A stretch of 64,000 nucleotides of DNA from Candidatus Limnocylindria bacterium (GTDB lineage: Bacteria > Chloroflexota > Limnocylindria > P2-11E), in contig JBGPKU010000008.1 in NCBI GenBank assembly GCA_041486085.1, forward strand, positions 2,806 through 66,805, read 5' to 3'. The notes beneath the pieces are model-generated. The model did no database searches. It was not told where the DNA came from and saw nothing but the letters and a program-made list of their open reading frames with translations. Of this stretch, positions 1 through 12,684 are shown piece after piece (the stretch's first letter is position 1; each line of letters opens with the position of its first letter). The position numbers and the translations under genes were made by a program.

Positions 1-1
1 T

Positions 2-631
2 CCCGACGACGTCGCGGCCGCGCGCCGCCTGGACGGCTACTTCAATCGCTGGTATCTCGATCCGCTGTACGGCCGGGGTTATCCCGCGGACATGGTGGAG
101 TGGTACGGCGATCTGCTCGATGCCGAAGCGGTCGAGCAGATGCGCGGCTATGACGGTGACCTCGACTTCCTCGGCGTCAACTACTACTCGCGGCGTGTCG
201 TGAAGGCCTCAGCCGGCGATCTGCTGGGTCTCCAGGACGTTCGCATGGAGAGCTCCCTCCACACCAACACCGGATGGGAGGTCTATCCGCAGGGCCTGTC
301 GGAGGTCCTGCGCCGCGTCACGAACGAATACCAGCCACGCGCGATGTACGTCACCGAGAACGGAGCGTCGTTCGACGACCATCGCGAGAATGGCAGCGTT
401 CCAGACGCGGCTCGGACGCGCTATCTCGCGACGCATTTCAGGGAGGCGGCGCGCTCGATCGAGGCAGGCGTTCCGCTCGAGGGCTACTTCGTGTGGTCGT
501 TCATGGACAACTTCGAGTGGAACAACGGCTACACAAAGCGATTCGGGGTCGTCTACGTGGACTTCGCGACGCAGCAGCGCATCGACAAGGGCAGCGCGCG
601 CTGGTATCGGGAGTTCCTCGCGGCCCGCTAG
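2..631 (+). CDS. Glycoside hydrolase family 1 beta-glucosidase, C-terminal part (5' end lies outside the window)
   Basis: The frame is open from the window edge. The translation carries GH1 hallmarks: NRWYLDP, nucleophile motif YVTENGA, and WSFMDNFEWNNGYTKRFG. Confidence 0.9.
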   Translation, partial: PDDVAAARRLDGYFNRWYLDPLYGRGYPADMVEWYGDLLDAEAVEQMRGYDGDLDFLGVNYYSRRVVKASAGDLLGLQDVRMESSLHTNTGWEVYPQGLSEVLRRVTNEYQPRAMYVTENGASFDDHRENGSVPDAARTRYLATHFREAARSIEAGVPLEGYFVWSFMDNFEWNNGYTKRFGVVYVDFATQQRIDKGSARWYREFLAAR

Positions 632-646
632 CCTGGCCCGCCACGG

Positions 647-1507
647 TCAGCCGAGCGCGAGCAACACGATCCCCAGGACCATCGCGACGGCGCCGACCGC
701 GCGTGTTTGGCTCTGGCCTTCCGCCAGCACGCGCACACCGAGCACCGCGCCAAAGAGGATCCCCGTCTCGCGGGCCGGCGCGACGTACGACACCGGGCTG
801 ATCGCGAGCGCGGTGAGCATCAGCAGGTATGAGAGCCGGCTCAGGATGCCGACGATGACCACGGTCCATCGCCGCGTCGCCCACACCTCCGCGACCTCCG
901 CCCGGCGCCGCCACACCACCGGCGCGACGACGAGGGCCTGGCCGCTGATGGTCATCCAGTCGTACACGATCGGGGGTATGAGCAGCAGCGAGACCGCGGT
1001 CTTGTCCCACAGCGTGTACAGCGCGATGACCACACCGGTCGCGAGCGCGTAGCCCACGGCGCGTGCCGCGCCGCGCGCGCGCAGCGAGCGAGGATCACCG
1101 GTGAGCACCAGGGCGCCGAGCACTATGGCAAGCGCACCGGCGATCGCCAGGGCTGATGGTCGCTCGCCGAGGATCGCGATGGCCCCGACGGTCGCGAGGA
1201 GCGGCCCCGTCGCGCGTGCGAGCGGATAGACCAGCGAGAGATCGCCGGCGCGGTAGCCCGCGGTGAGCGTCGCGAAGTAGACGGTCTGCAGCACGATCGC
1301 CACGGCCACGAACGCGAACGCGCCCAGACCGAGCTGCGGTCGAGCGAGGACCAGCACCGCGATCGCGAACGGTGCGTACGCGACCGCGCCTACGATGTAG
1401 ATGAGGAAGAGGAACGGGGTCTCCGCGCGCACCTGCTTCGCGAGCAGGTTCCAGGTCGCGTGCATGACCGCGGAAGTGAGTACGAGCGCAAGGGCGAACG
1501 CGGTCAT
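647..1507 (-). CDS. EamA/DMT-family membrane permease
   Basis: 286-aa ORF that is almost entirely hydrophobic helices (Ala/Leu/Val/Gly rich). Size and profile are typical of drug/metabolite transporter permeases. Confidence 0.7.
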   Translation of the reverse strand: MTAFALALVLTSAVMHATWNLLAKQVRAETPFLFLIYIVGAVAYAPFAIAVLVLARPQLGLGAFAFVAVAIVLQTVYFATLTAGYRAGDLSLVYPLARATGPLLATVGAIAILGERPSALAIAGALAIVLGALVLTGDPRSLRARGAARAVGYALATGVVIALYTLWDKTAVSLLLIPPIVYDWMTISGQALVVAPVVWRRRAEVAEVWATRRWTVVIVGILSRLSYLLMLTALAISPVSYVAPARETGILFGAVLGVRVLAEGQSQTRAVGAVAMVLGIVLLALG

Positions 1508-1561
1508 GCGCGCAGGCTACCTACTTAGGGAGTGCTCAAGTCGCGAACGAGCTGGGCCGCG

Positions 1562-3154
1562 TTACGGCAGGAGTAGGTCGCCCGACAGGGACGCGAGGTT
1601 ACCGCCCCAGTCCCTGAAGTTGTTGATCGCGGTGATCGTCGCGCCTGGCAGGTCGACCGCGGTCTGGAAGCCGGGGACGATCGTCCAGGTCGACGTCGTG
1701 GTGTTCGCGGTGCGAGTGATAACGGTTCCGAGCTGGCCGTTCGTGAACGTCGCAGTGTCGGTCCCATCAGAGATCGTGATGCTCTGCGGCGTCGTCGTCG
1801 ATGCCGCACGCATCTCCTCGTTGAAGACCAGCGTGATCGTCGAGCCCGTGCCAACCTGGCCGGTGCCCGGAGCGACTGTGGACGACTGGATCAACGCGGG
1901 GGCGTTGTCACGGCCCCAGGCACAGGCTGCGGCGTTGGTGTCAACGCCCGTGAGCTGGCCCTGCGTGGTCCAGGTGCAGTTCTCCTGGGTTCCGACCTCG
2001 AGGCCGGTGTCGAACGCTGCCGGTGCTCCCTTGTTCAGGGCCGCGTCACCAGCACGCACCAGGACGTTGAAGAAGTTTCCTGCCTGCGCTGTGGTCTCTA
2101 CCGGCCACGTCACGACGCAGGTGAAGGACTCCGGAGTCTGGCCGTTGAACGAGCCGTCGTCCGGGGTGCATGGGGTCCAACCGGTGATGGTCGAGCCCGA
2201 GCCGTTACGGGTGATGGCGTACTCGACGAGAGTGACGCCAACGTTGTCCGTCGCAACACCGGTGAAGGTGGTGCTAGCGGCGTTGGTCGGGGTGGCAGCC
2301 GCCGATGTGACCGTCACGGTCGGCAGGATCAAGTCAGCCGATGGCGGCGTCGTCGACCACGCGAATCCGGTCGACGGTGCCGAGGTGCAGGTCGCCGTGT
2401 TTCCAGACGAGTCAGTCACACGAGAGACCGTCCGGAGCATGGTGCCGTTTAGGAAGGTCTGGTCAGTCGTGGTGAACGTGTAGGGCTCGCTGGCCTCGTT
2501 GAACGCGCCGTCGTCAGCGGTTGCGGCCGCGTAGGCGGTCACGTCGGACCAGATACCAGCGTCGTTCCGCTGGAGCTTGACCTCGGTGTTGCTGACCATG
2601 ACATCGTCGCTCGAGGTGCCCGTCGTCTTCACCTTGAAGCTCGTCTGGGCAGCCGCGGCGGTGCAATCCGGAGGTGTCGTGTCGCTCGACGGAGGCGGGC
2701 CAGACGCACCCGCAGGTCCCGTCGCACCAGTTGCACCAGTAGCACCAGCCGGGCCGGTAGGGCCGACGGGTCCTGCAACGCCATTAGCGCCATTAGCGCC
2801 ATTAGCGCCATTAGCGCCATTAGCGCCATTAGCGCCATTAGCGCCATTCGCGCCATTCGCGCCATTCGCGCCATTCGCGCCATTAGCGCCCACCGGGCCG
2901 GGTGGTCCCGCGTTGCCGGCCTGATTCCAGGCAATCGCGACCTCGCCGCGCTTGCAATCTCGCGCGTCGGCGACAAGACGTAGGTCGCCATCCTGCTGCT
3001 GGTAGCACGCGTGGATCACGCCGTTAGAGTCGGGGATCTGACCGCGCGCAAGGATGCCGACTCCGCCGACCGCGAACACGGTCAGGAGCAAACCGAGCGC
3101 GATGCCTACTCGAGCGCCGCCCCGATGCGCAAGGCGCCCGAGCCGCCCCTCCAT
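1562..3154 (-). CDS. Secreted or anchored collagen-like repeat protein with a beta-rich (Ig-like?) C-terminal region
   Basis: N-terminal hydrophobic anchor (VGIALGLLLTVFAVGGVGIL). A G-X-Y tract of about 75 residues (GNAGPPGPVG(AN G)n...GPTGPAGATGATGATGPAGASGP). The C-terminal half is Thr/Ser/Gly-rich. Confidence 0.8.
   Translation of the reverse strand: MEGRLGRLAHRGGARVGIALGLLLTVFAVGGVGILARGQIPDSNGVIHACYQQQDGDLRLVADARDCKRGEVAIAWNQAGNAGPPGPVGANGANGANGANGANGANGANGANGANGANGANGANGVAGPVGPTGPAGATGATGATGPAGASGPPPSSDTTPPDCTAAAAQTSFKVKTTGTSSDDVMVSNTEVKLQRNDAGIWSDVTAYAAATADDGAFNEASEPYTFTTTDQTFLNGTMLRTVSRVTDSSGNTATCTSAPSTGFAWSTTPPSADLILPTVTVTSAAATPTNAASTTFTGVATDNVGVTLVEYAITRNGSGSTITGWTPCTPDDGSFNGQTPESFTCVVTWPVETTAQAGNFFNVLVRAGDAALNKGAPAAFDTGLEVGTQENCTWTTQGQLTGVDTNAAACAWGRDNAPALIQSSTVAPGTGQVGTGSTITLVFNEEMRAASTTTPQSITISDGTDTATFTNGQLGTVITRTANTTTSTWTIVPGFQTAVDLPGATITAINNFRDWGGNLASLSGDLLLP
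2780..2887. repeat. Perfect 9-bp tandem repeat, 12 units (gccattagc x7, gccattcgc x4, gccattagc x1), encoding (Gly-Ala-Asn)12 on the minus strand
   Basis: Read directly from the sequence. The units are head-to-tail with no spacers, and the two variants differ only at a synonymous position. Confidence 0.95.
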
Positions 3155-3226
3155 CGAATCGCCTAAACGGACGGTATTCGGCCTGTCAAGTAGGCGACGA
3201 CTTAGTTGAGCGGGGGCGAAGGCTCG

Positions 3227-7672
<4,446 letters not shown>

Positions 7673-7683
7673 ACCCCTCCACT

Positions 7684-7713
7684 AACCAAAAGGCCTCCCG
7701 GTCTGGGAGGCCT
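7684..7713 (-). terminator. GC-rich hairpin plus U-tract (minus strand) between the MOSC gene and the gltB RBS
   Basis: Minus-strand reading is AGGCCTCCC-agacc-GGGAGGCCT followed by TTTTGGTT: a 9-bp perfect stem with a 5-nt loop. Confidence 0.5.
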
Positions 7714-7857
7714 CATCTGCACCGTCGTTCAGCGGATGCGACTAGCCCCCACCTCCGGAGGTGATCGCTGCTGCGGCCGAACGAAGGGTCTTCACCTGCT
7801 GAATTTCTACACAGAAGAATGGTGACGGGACAGTGGCGCTCGGGTGACGAGAAGGCG

Positions 7858-8637
7858 TCAGACGACGACGTCGTCGCCGATATTCACGGCCCCGGGCTCG
7901 GCGATGCGCGCCCAGACGCCGAAGGCGAGCGGCTCGCTGGTGACCTTGTCGCCGCGGTAGCTCGCGAGGGCCGCGAGCGTGTCGAGGTCCGACACGGCGG
8001 TCAGCGGATCGAGCGTGGTCACGGCGCATCGGCCGACGTTGCCCTTCGGGATGACCACGGCGCCGCCCACTCGGACGCGGCTGCCGATCCAGGTGTCCTC
8101 TTCGTGCGGCGGCGTCCCGGACACACCGATGAGCATGCGGAAGCGGCGCGGGTCGACCGCCGTCTCGAGGCCCGCCGCCTCCGCGATGGCGCGCAGCGAC
8201 TCCTGGCCGAGGAGCGTGGCTCCGGCGCCCTTCGCGGCGCGGTCCACACCCTCCCCCGGCTCGTCGAAGCGCACCAACCTCACCGGGCGCCCGGCGACCG
8301 CCGAGAGCGCATCGGCCCACGGTCCCTCGACCACACGCGCCGGAACGGAGCGGTGGTAGATCGAGACCAGGGTCGCGTCGCCGAGGTCGACCGGGCCGCT
8401 GTCCTCCGTCCCGTCCGGCATGTACAGCGTGAGCCGGCGCATGTCGTCGGAGAAGTGCGGACGGATCGACACGAAGGCGGGCACGCGCTTCGCGTTCAGC
8501 ATCCTGCCTTCCGGGTCGACGATGCAGAAGCGGCGGTCGTTCTCGACGCCACGCTTGGTCAGCTCGATGTGCTCGAGCTCCTGGATCTGCAGCGACTTGA
8601 TCGGCGCGACGTGGATCCACGCCACTTGCGGGCTCAT
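7858..8637 (-). CDS. MOSC domain-containing protein
   Basis: 259 aa. The N-terminal beta-barrel-like start (VAWIHVAPIKSLQ...RGVENDRRFCIVD) and C-terminal region with a conserved Cys (GNVGRCAVTTLDP) are typical of MOSC proteins as I recall them. Confidence 0.75.
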   Translation of the reverse strand: MSPQVAWIHVAPIKSLQIQELEHIELTKRGVENDRRFCIVDPEGRMLNAKRVPAFVSIRPHFSDDMRRLTLYMPDGTEDSGPVDLGDATLVSIYHRSVPARVVEGPWADALSAVAGRPVRLVRFDEPGEGVDRAAKGAGATLLGQESLRAIAEAAGLETAVDPRRFRMLIGVSGTPPHEEDTWIGSRVRVGGAVVIPKGNVGRCAVTTLDPLTAVSDLDTLAALASYRGDKVTSEPLAFGVWARIAEPGAVNIGDDVVV

Positions 8638-8659
8638 CGCCTGAGTCTTTCATATCGGA

Positions 8660-9250
8660 CTACAGCTCTCGCCGAACGGTGACGCTCCATTCGTTGCGGC
8701 TGATCTCACGGAATCCAGTCTTCACGTACATGGAGAGCGGGCCGTGATAGTTGCGGCGCGGCCAGAGCATCGGATCGTCGGGGCTCAAAGGCGGCGGATA
8801 CGCCTCGACCGCGGTCATGCCGCGCTGTCGGAGGTATTCGACCGCCGCATCGAGCAGCACCGTGGCGACGCCCTGACGGCGAGCATCGGGGGCGACCACG
8901 AAGCAGACGACCGCTCCGACCGCTCCGATATTCGTCTCGGTCGCGTTCTTCGGATCCCACGACGCGAGCAGCGGCAGCTCCGACTTCGGCGCGGCATGAC
9001 ACCACCCGACGACGCGGCCGAGGCGGAATGCGACAAGCCCGTTGCCCTTGCCGGAACGGATGATCGCGGCCCGTGTGGCGCGGTTCTGCTCCTTCGTATG
9101 CGCCTGATGCTCGTCGCCGTTCCTCGACATGAAGAAGGTGCAGAAGCAGGAGGCCCAGTGCGGGTTGTCGGCGTAGGCGCTGAAGTCGAAGAAGTGCATC
9201 AGCTCGTCGTGCAGCGCCGGCGTGAGCTCCCGGACCTCGATCTCAGGCAT
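8660..9250 (-). CDS. GNAT family N-acetyltransferase
   Basis: Acetyl-CoA-binding motif RRQGVATVLLDAAVEYLRQRG. The start is placed at ATG 9250 (MPEIEV); an alternative ATG lies at 9268. Confidence 0.75.
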   Translation of the reverse strand: MPEIEVRELTPALHDELMHFFDFSAYADNPHWASCFCTFFMSRNGDEHQAHTKEQNRATRAAIIRSGKGNGLVAFRLGRVVGWCHAAPKSELPLLASWDPKNATETNIGAVGAVVCFVVAPDARRQGVATVLLDAAVEYLRQRGMTAVEAYPPPLSPDDPMLWPRRNYHGPLSMYVKTGFREISRNEWSVTVRREL

Positions 9251-9275
9251 GACCCGAGTGTTCCACACTCAGTGC

Positions 9276-9812
9276 ATGCGCATCTGGACGATCGGCCACG
9301 GAAGGCGGCCGATCGAAGACCTCGTTGCGACCCTGCAGAGCGCGCGCATCAGGACGGTCGCGGACGTGCGGACGGTCCCGGGCTCCCGCCGGCATCCGCA
9401 GTTCGGGAAGGCGCCGTTGCGCGACTCGCTGGCCGCCGTAGGGATCGCATACGTCCACCTGCCTGGTCTGGGCGGGCGGCGCGAGCCCCGGACCGATTCG
9501 CCGCACACCGCGCTCCGCGTCGACGCGTTCCGCGGCTACGCCGACCACATGTCGAGCGACGAGTTCCAGCGTGATCTCGCGGTGCTCGTCGAACGCGCCA
9601 CGGCGGCGCCGACCGCATTCATGTGCGCCGAGACGAATTGGTCGGAGTGTCACCGCCGGATGCTGGCCGATCTCCTGACGGTGCGCGGCTGGGATGTCAC
9701 GCATCTACTCGCAGCCAGCGAGAGCGAGGCGCATCAGATGTGGAGCGCCGCTCGCGTGGCGAACGGCACCCTCGTCTACGACGCGGGAACCTTGCCGCTG
9801 CCGCCGGCGTAG
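9276..9812 (+). CDS. DUF488 family protein
   Basis: MRIWTIGHGRRPIEDLVATL...VADVRTVPGSRRHPQF and the later CAETNWSECHRRMLAD match the DUF488 pattern from memory. The start is chosen at the internal ATG. Confidence 0.7.
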   Translation: MRIWTIGHGRRPIEDLVATLQSARIRTVADVRTVPGSRRHPQFGKAPLRDSLAAVGIAYVHLPGLGGRREPRTDSPHTALRVDAFRGYADHMSSDEFQRDLAVLVERATAAPTAFMCAETNWSECHRRMLADLLTVRGWDVTHLLAASESEAHQMWSAARVANGTLVYDAGTLPLPPA

Positions 9813-9822
9813 GTACCGGCAG

Positions 9823-10362
9823 TTGGCTCCGCGCCTCGTGATCGTGACGGGTGCCCCCGGTTCGGGGAAGACGACGGTCGCGCGAGCGCTCGCGAGGCAG
9901 CTGCGTTACGCGCTCGTATGCAAGGACGACGTGAAGGAGTCTCTTGCCGACGCGCTCGGCACGGGCGATCGCGCGCGGTCGCGAGAGCTCGGCGAGGCTG
10001 CGTACGCGGTGATGGAGCGCCTCGCGTCGCGCATGCTCGAGGAGGGCGTGCACGTGATCCTCGAGGCGAATTTCCAGCGCGAGCGTGCCGAGCCATGGAT
10101 GCGCGCGCTCGCCCGCGATCGCGATGCCTCGGTGATCGTCTGTGTCGTGGCGCCCGAGCTGCGCCGCGAGCGCTTCCGATCGCGCGGCGCCGCAGGCCTA
10201 CGCCACGCGGTGCACCTCGACCAGGAGATCCTCGATCGCGAGTGGATGGACGACGATTCCGCTTTCCGCGTGGATCTTGGCACGCGTTCGCTGGTCGTCG
10301 ACACGACCTCCAGTGCGGTCCCGAGCATCGCGCAGATCGCGCGCTGGATCGAGGATCGCTAG
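9823..10362 (+). CDS. P-loop (AAA/kinase-like) ATPase
   Basis: Walker A VTGAPGSGKTT immediately follows a TTG start at 9823. The upstream part of the listed ORF is Arg-rich and overlaps the DUF488 gene. Confidence 0.7.
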   Translation: MAPRLVIVTGAPGSGKTTVARALARQLRYALVCKDDVKESLADALGTGDRARSRELGEAAYAVMERLASRMLEEGVHVILEANFQRERAEPWMRALARDRDASVIVCVVAPELRRERFRSRGAAGLRHAVHLDQEILDREWMDDDSAFRVDLGTRSLVVDTTSSAVPSIAQIARWIEDR

Positions 10363-10967
10363 CGCGGCTCCGCCAGGCGCGCGCGAAGCTTCGCCGCGGC
10401 CAGGCCGCGATGCGAGACCCCGTGCTTCTCCTCGCTGCTGAGCTCGGCCATCGTGCGGCCATCACCGCCGATCACGAACAGCGGGTCGTAGCCGAAGCCC
10501 TGTGTCCCGCGCGGCGCGAGGCCGATCTCGCCACGGACCTCGCCATCGAAGGTCTCGACGCGTCCATCCGGGGCCGCCAGCGCGGCGACACACACGAAGC
10601 GGGCGCCGCGTGCGCTCACACCATCCATGAGGGCGAGGAGGCGCGTATTGCGCTCCTCGGCGGTGGTGCCCTCGCCGAAGAACCGCCGGCTGCGCAGACC
10701 CGGCGCGCCGCGCAGCGCATCGACCTCGAGACCCGAGTCGTCGGCGACCGTTCGGAGCCCGGTCGCGACGGCGTACGCGCGCGCCTTGTTCATCGCGTTC
10801 TCCGCGAAGGTCCTTCCCTGCTCGGCCGGCTCGGGTGGAGCCGGGTCGAGGTCCTGCGGCATCACGAGCACGGCATCGAGGCCCGCGAGCAGCTCGCGCC
10901 ATTCCTGCTGCTTGCCGGGATTGCCCGATCCGATGAGGAGCCGGTGCTCGCCGTGCGGCGCTCTCAC
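10359..10967 (-). CDS. rdgB: Non-canonical purine NTP pyrophosphatase (RdgB/HAM1 family)
   Basis: Motifs LLIGSGNPGKQQE, RGTQGFGYDPLF and ELSSEEKHGVSHRG. Confidence 0.9.
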   Translation of the reverse strand: MRAPHGEHRLLIGSGNPGKQQEWRELLAGLDAVLVMPQDLDPAPPEPAEQGRTFAENAMNKARAYAVATGLRTVADDSGLEVDALRGAPGLRSRRFFGEGTTAEERNTRLLALMDGVSARGARFVCVAALAAPDGRVETFDGEVRGEIGLAPRGTQGFGYDPLFVIGGDGRTMAELSSEEKHGVSHRGLAAAKLRARLAEPR

Positions 10968-11001
10968 GGCCTTACGTGGACGTGCGGGGAGGCCGCTGCG
11001 C

Positions 11002-11715
11002 TCACTTGCGGAGCGCGGTGTTCTGCGCCTCGACGAGCTGCGCGATGCCCTTCAGGGCGAGCTCCAGGACACGGTCGAAGTCAGCGCGCGAGAAGGGACG
11101 CCGCTCAGCGGTGCCCTGCACCTCGATGAGCTCGCCGTCCGACGTCGCGACGACGTTCACGTCGGCATCGGCGATGGAGTCCTCGGCGTAGGGGAGATCG
11201 AGCACGAGCTCGCCGTTGACGAATCCCGCGGACACCGCGGCGACGTTCTTCCGCAGGGGCTTGGGCGTGAAGTGGCGCAGCGCGTGGGCGAGCGCGACGT
11301 AGCCGCCGGTGATCGCCGCCGTTCTCGTGCCGCCGTCCGCCTGGATGACTTCGCAGTCGATCGTCACGCTCCGTGAGCCGAGCGCTTTCAGATCGACGGC
11401 GGACCGCAGCGCGCGTCCGACCAGGCGCTGGATCTCGAAGGTGCGTCCGCCCGGACGGCCCGCGATGCTCTCGCGCTGGCTGCGTTCTGGCGTGGAGCGA
11501 GGCAGCATCGCGTACTCGGCGGTCACCCACCCTTCGTCTTTTCCGATGAGATGCCGTGGCACGCTGTCGCTCACCGTGGCGAGGCACAGGACCTCGGTGT
11601 CGCCGAATCGGATCTCGCACGAGCCTTCCGCGAACTTCGATACGCCGACGGTGATCTCGATCGGGCGCAGCGCGTCATACGCGCGCCCATCGGGTCGCTT
11701 ATAGGCCGGGCTCAT
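11002..11715 (-). CDS. rph: Ribonuclease PH
   Basis: RPDGRAYDALRPIEIT..., GRTFEIQRLVGRALR and ADGGTRTAAITGGYVAL are classic RNase PH motifs. Confidence 0.95.
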   Translation of the reverse strand: MSPAYKRPDGRAYDALRPIEITVGVSKFAEGSCEIRFGDTEVLCLATVSDSVPRHLIGKDEGWVTAEYAMLPRSTPERSQRESIAGRPGGRTFEIQRLVGRALRSAVDLKALGSRSVTIDCEVIQADGGTRTAAITGGYVALAHALRHFTPKPLRKNVAAVSAGFVNGELVLDLPYAEDSIADADVNVVATSDGELIEVQGTAERRPFSRADFDRVLELALKGIAQLVEAQNTALRK

Positions 11716-12578
11716 GCTCCATCTCCCGCCTGCGGCGCGACGACCGACTCGTCCCAGAGACGCCGCATCTCCTCGGGAGCGTACGACTCCAGCGCCTTTC
11801 CTTCCTTGCGAGCGCGCTCCTCGACGCGCGCGACGCGCCGCACGAAACGCTCGTTCGCCTCCCGCAGCGCTGCTTCCGCATCGAAGCCCTTCTCGCGAGC
11901 GACGGCGACGAGGTCGAAGAGGAGCTCGCCGAGGAAGTCCGAGTCGTCGATGTCGAGCGGCATGTCGATGCGCGCAGGCTCGACGCCGACGCGTGCCGCG
12001 CGCTCCTGGAGGCGCTCGGCCGCGAACAGCGCCGGCAGGTCTTTTGGGACCCCGGAGGTGATGCCGTCCTCGGACCGACCACCGGCCTCGCGCTCCTCAC
12101 GCTTGATGCGCTCCCATTGCGCGAGCAGCTCGCCACTCGAAGCGACCGTTGCACCCGCGAAGACATGCGGGTGCCGTCGGATCAGCTTCTCGCCGATGCG
12201 CCGCGCGACGTCGGCCATGTCGAACGCGCCCTCCTCGTGCGCGATCTGCGCGTGCAGCGCGATCTGCAACAGCAGATCACCGAGCTCGTCCCGCAGACGG
12301 TCGAGGTCACCGGAGTCGAGCGCTTCCAGCGTCTCGTAGGCCTCCTCCAGCAGATGCGGACGGAGGCTCTGGTGGGTCTGCTCGCGATCCCAGGGACAGC
12401 CGTCCACGGCGCGCAGTCGCTCCGCGATCCGCCCGACAGCGGCCACCGAGGCGAGATCGACGAACGGACCCAGCGGCGGGAGCACGGCGTAGCCGGGCGC
12501 GAGCATCTCGAGCGTGAAGCCGTCGCCGTAGTGCTTCCGGAGCAGCCGCATGTCGGGCTCGGCGTCGAGCGCGAGCAC
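11712..12578 (-). CDS. mazG: MazG-type nucleoside triphosphate pyrophosphohydrolase
   Basis: CPWDREQTHQSLRPHLLEEAYETLEAL and ELGDLLLQI, plus a second EEL(G/F)DL-type half. A 4-nt overlap with the rph start indicates coupling. Confidence 0.85.
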   Translation of the reverse strand: MLALDAEPDMRLLRKHYGDGFTLEMLAPGYAVLPPLGPFVDLASVAAVGRIAERLRAVDGCPWDREQTHQSLRPHLLEEAYETLEALDSGDLDRLRDELGDLLLQIALHAQIAHEEGAFDMADVARRIGEKLIRRHPHVFAGATVASSGELLAQWERIKREEREAGGRSEDGITSGVPKDLPALFAAERLQERAARVGVEPARIDMPLDIDDSDFLGELLFDLVAVAREKGFDAEAALREANERFVRRVARVEERARKEGKALESYAPEEMRRLWDESVVAPQAGDGA

Positions 12579-12684
12579 CGTCGCGCGGAAGGCGGTGAAG
12601 GAGTGGCGGTCGAGCTGGCTCGCGGGTACGAGGTCAACGCCCCCGGGCCAGCGCGCGAGGAGGACCTCGAAGGCCGCGATCAGC

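Noticed and set aside
2780-2887. The short direct-repeat array considered as a possible CRISPR or other non-coding repeat.
   Set aside because: The units are 9 bp, contiguous and without spacers. They lie in frame inside a G-X-Y coding tract, so this is a coding microsatellite and not a CRISPR array.
7742-8682. ORFs of 303 and 287 aa overlapping the MOSC gene on both strands.
   Set aside because: Their translations are Arg/Gly/Pro-rich shadow frames. The MOSC frame has a coherent domain-like sequence.
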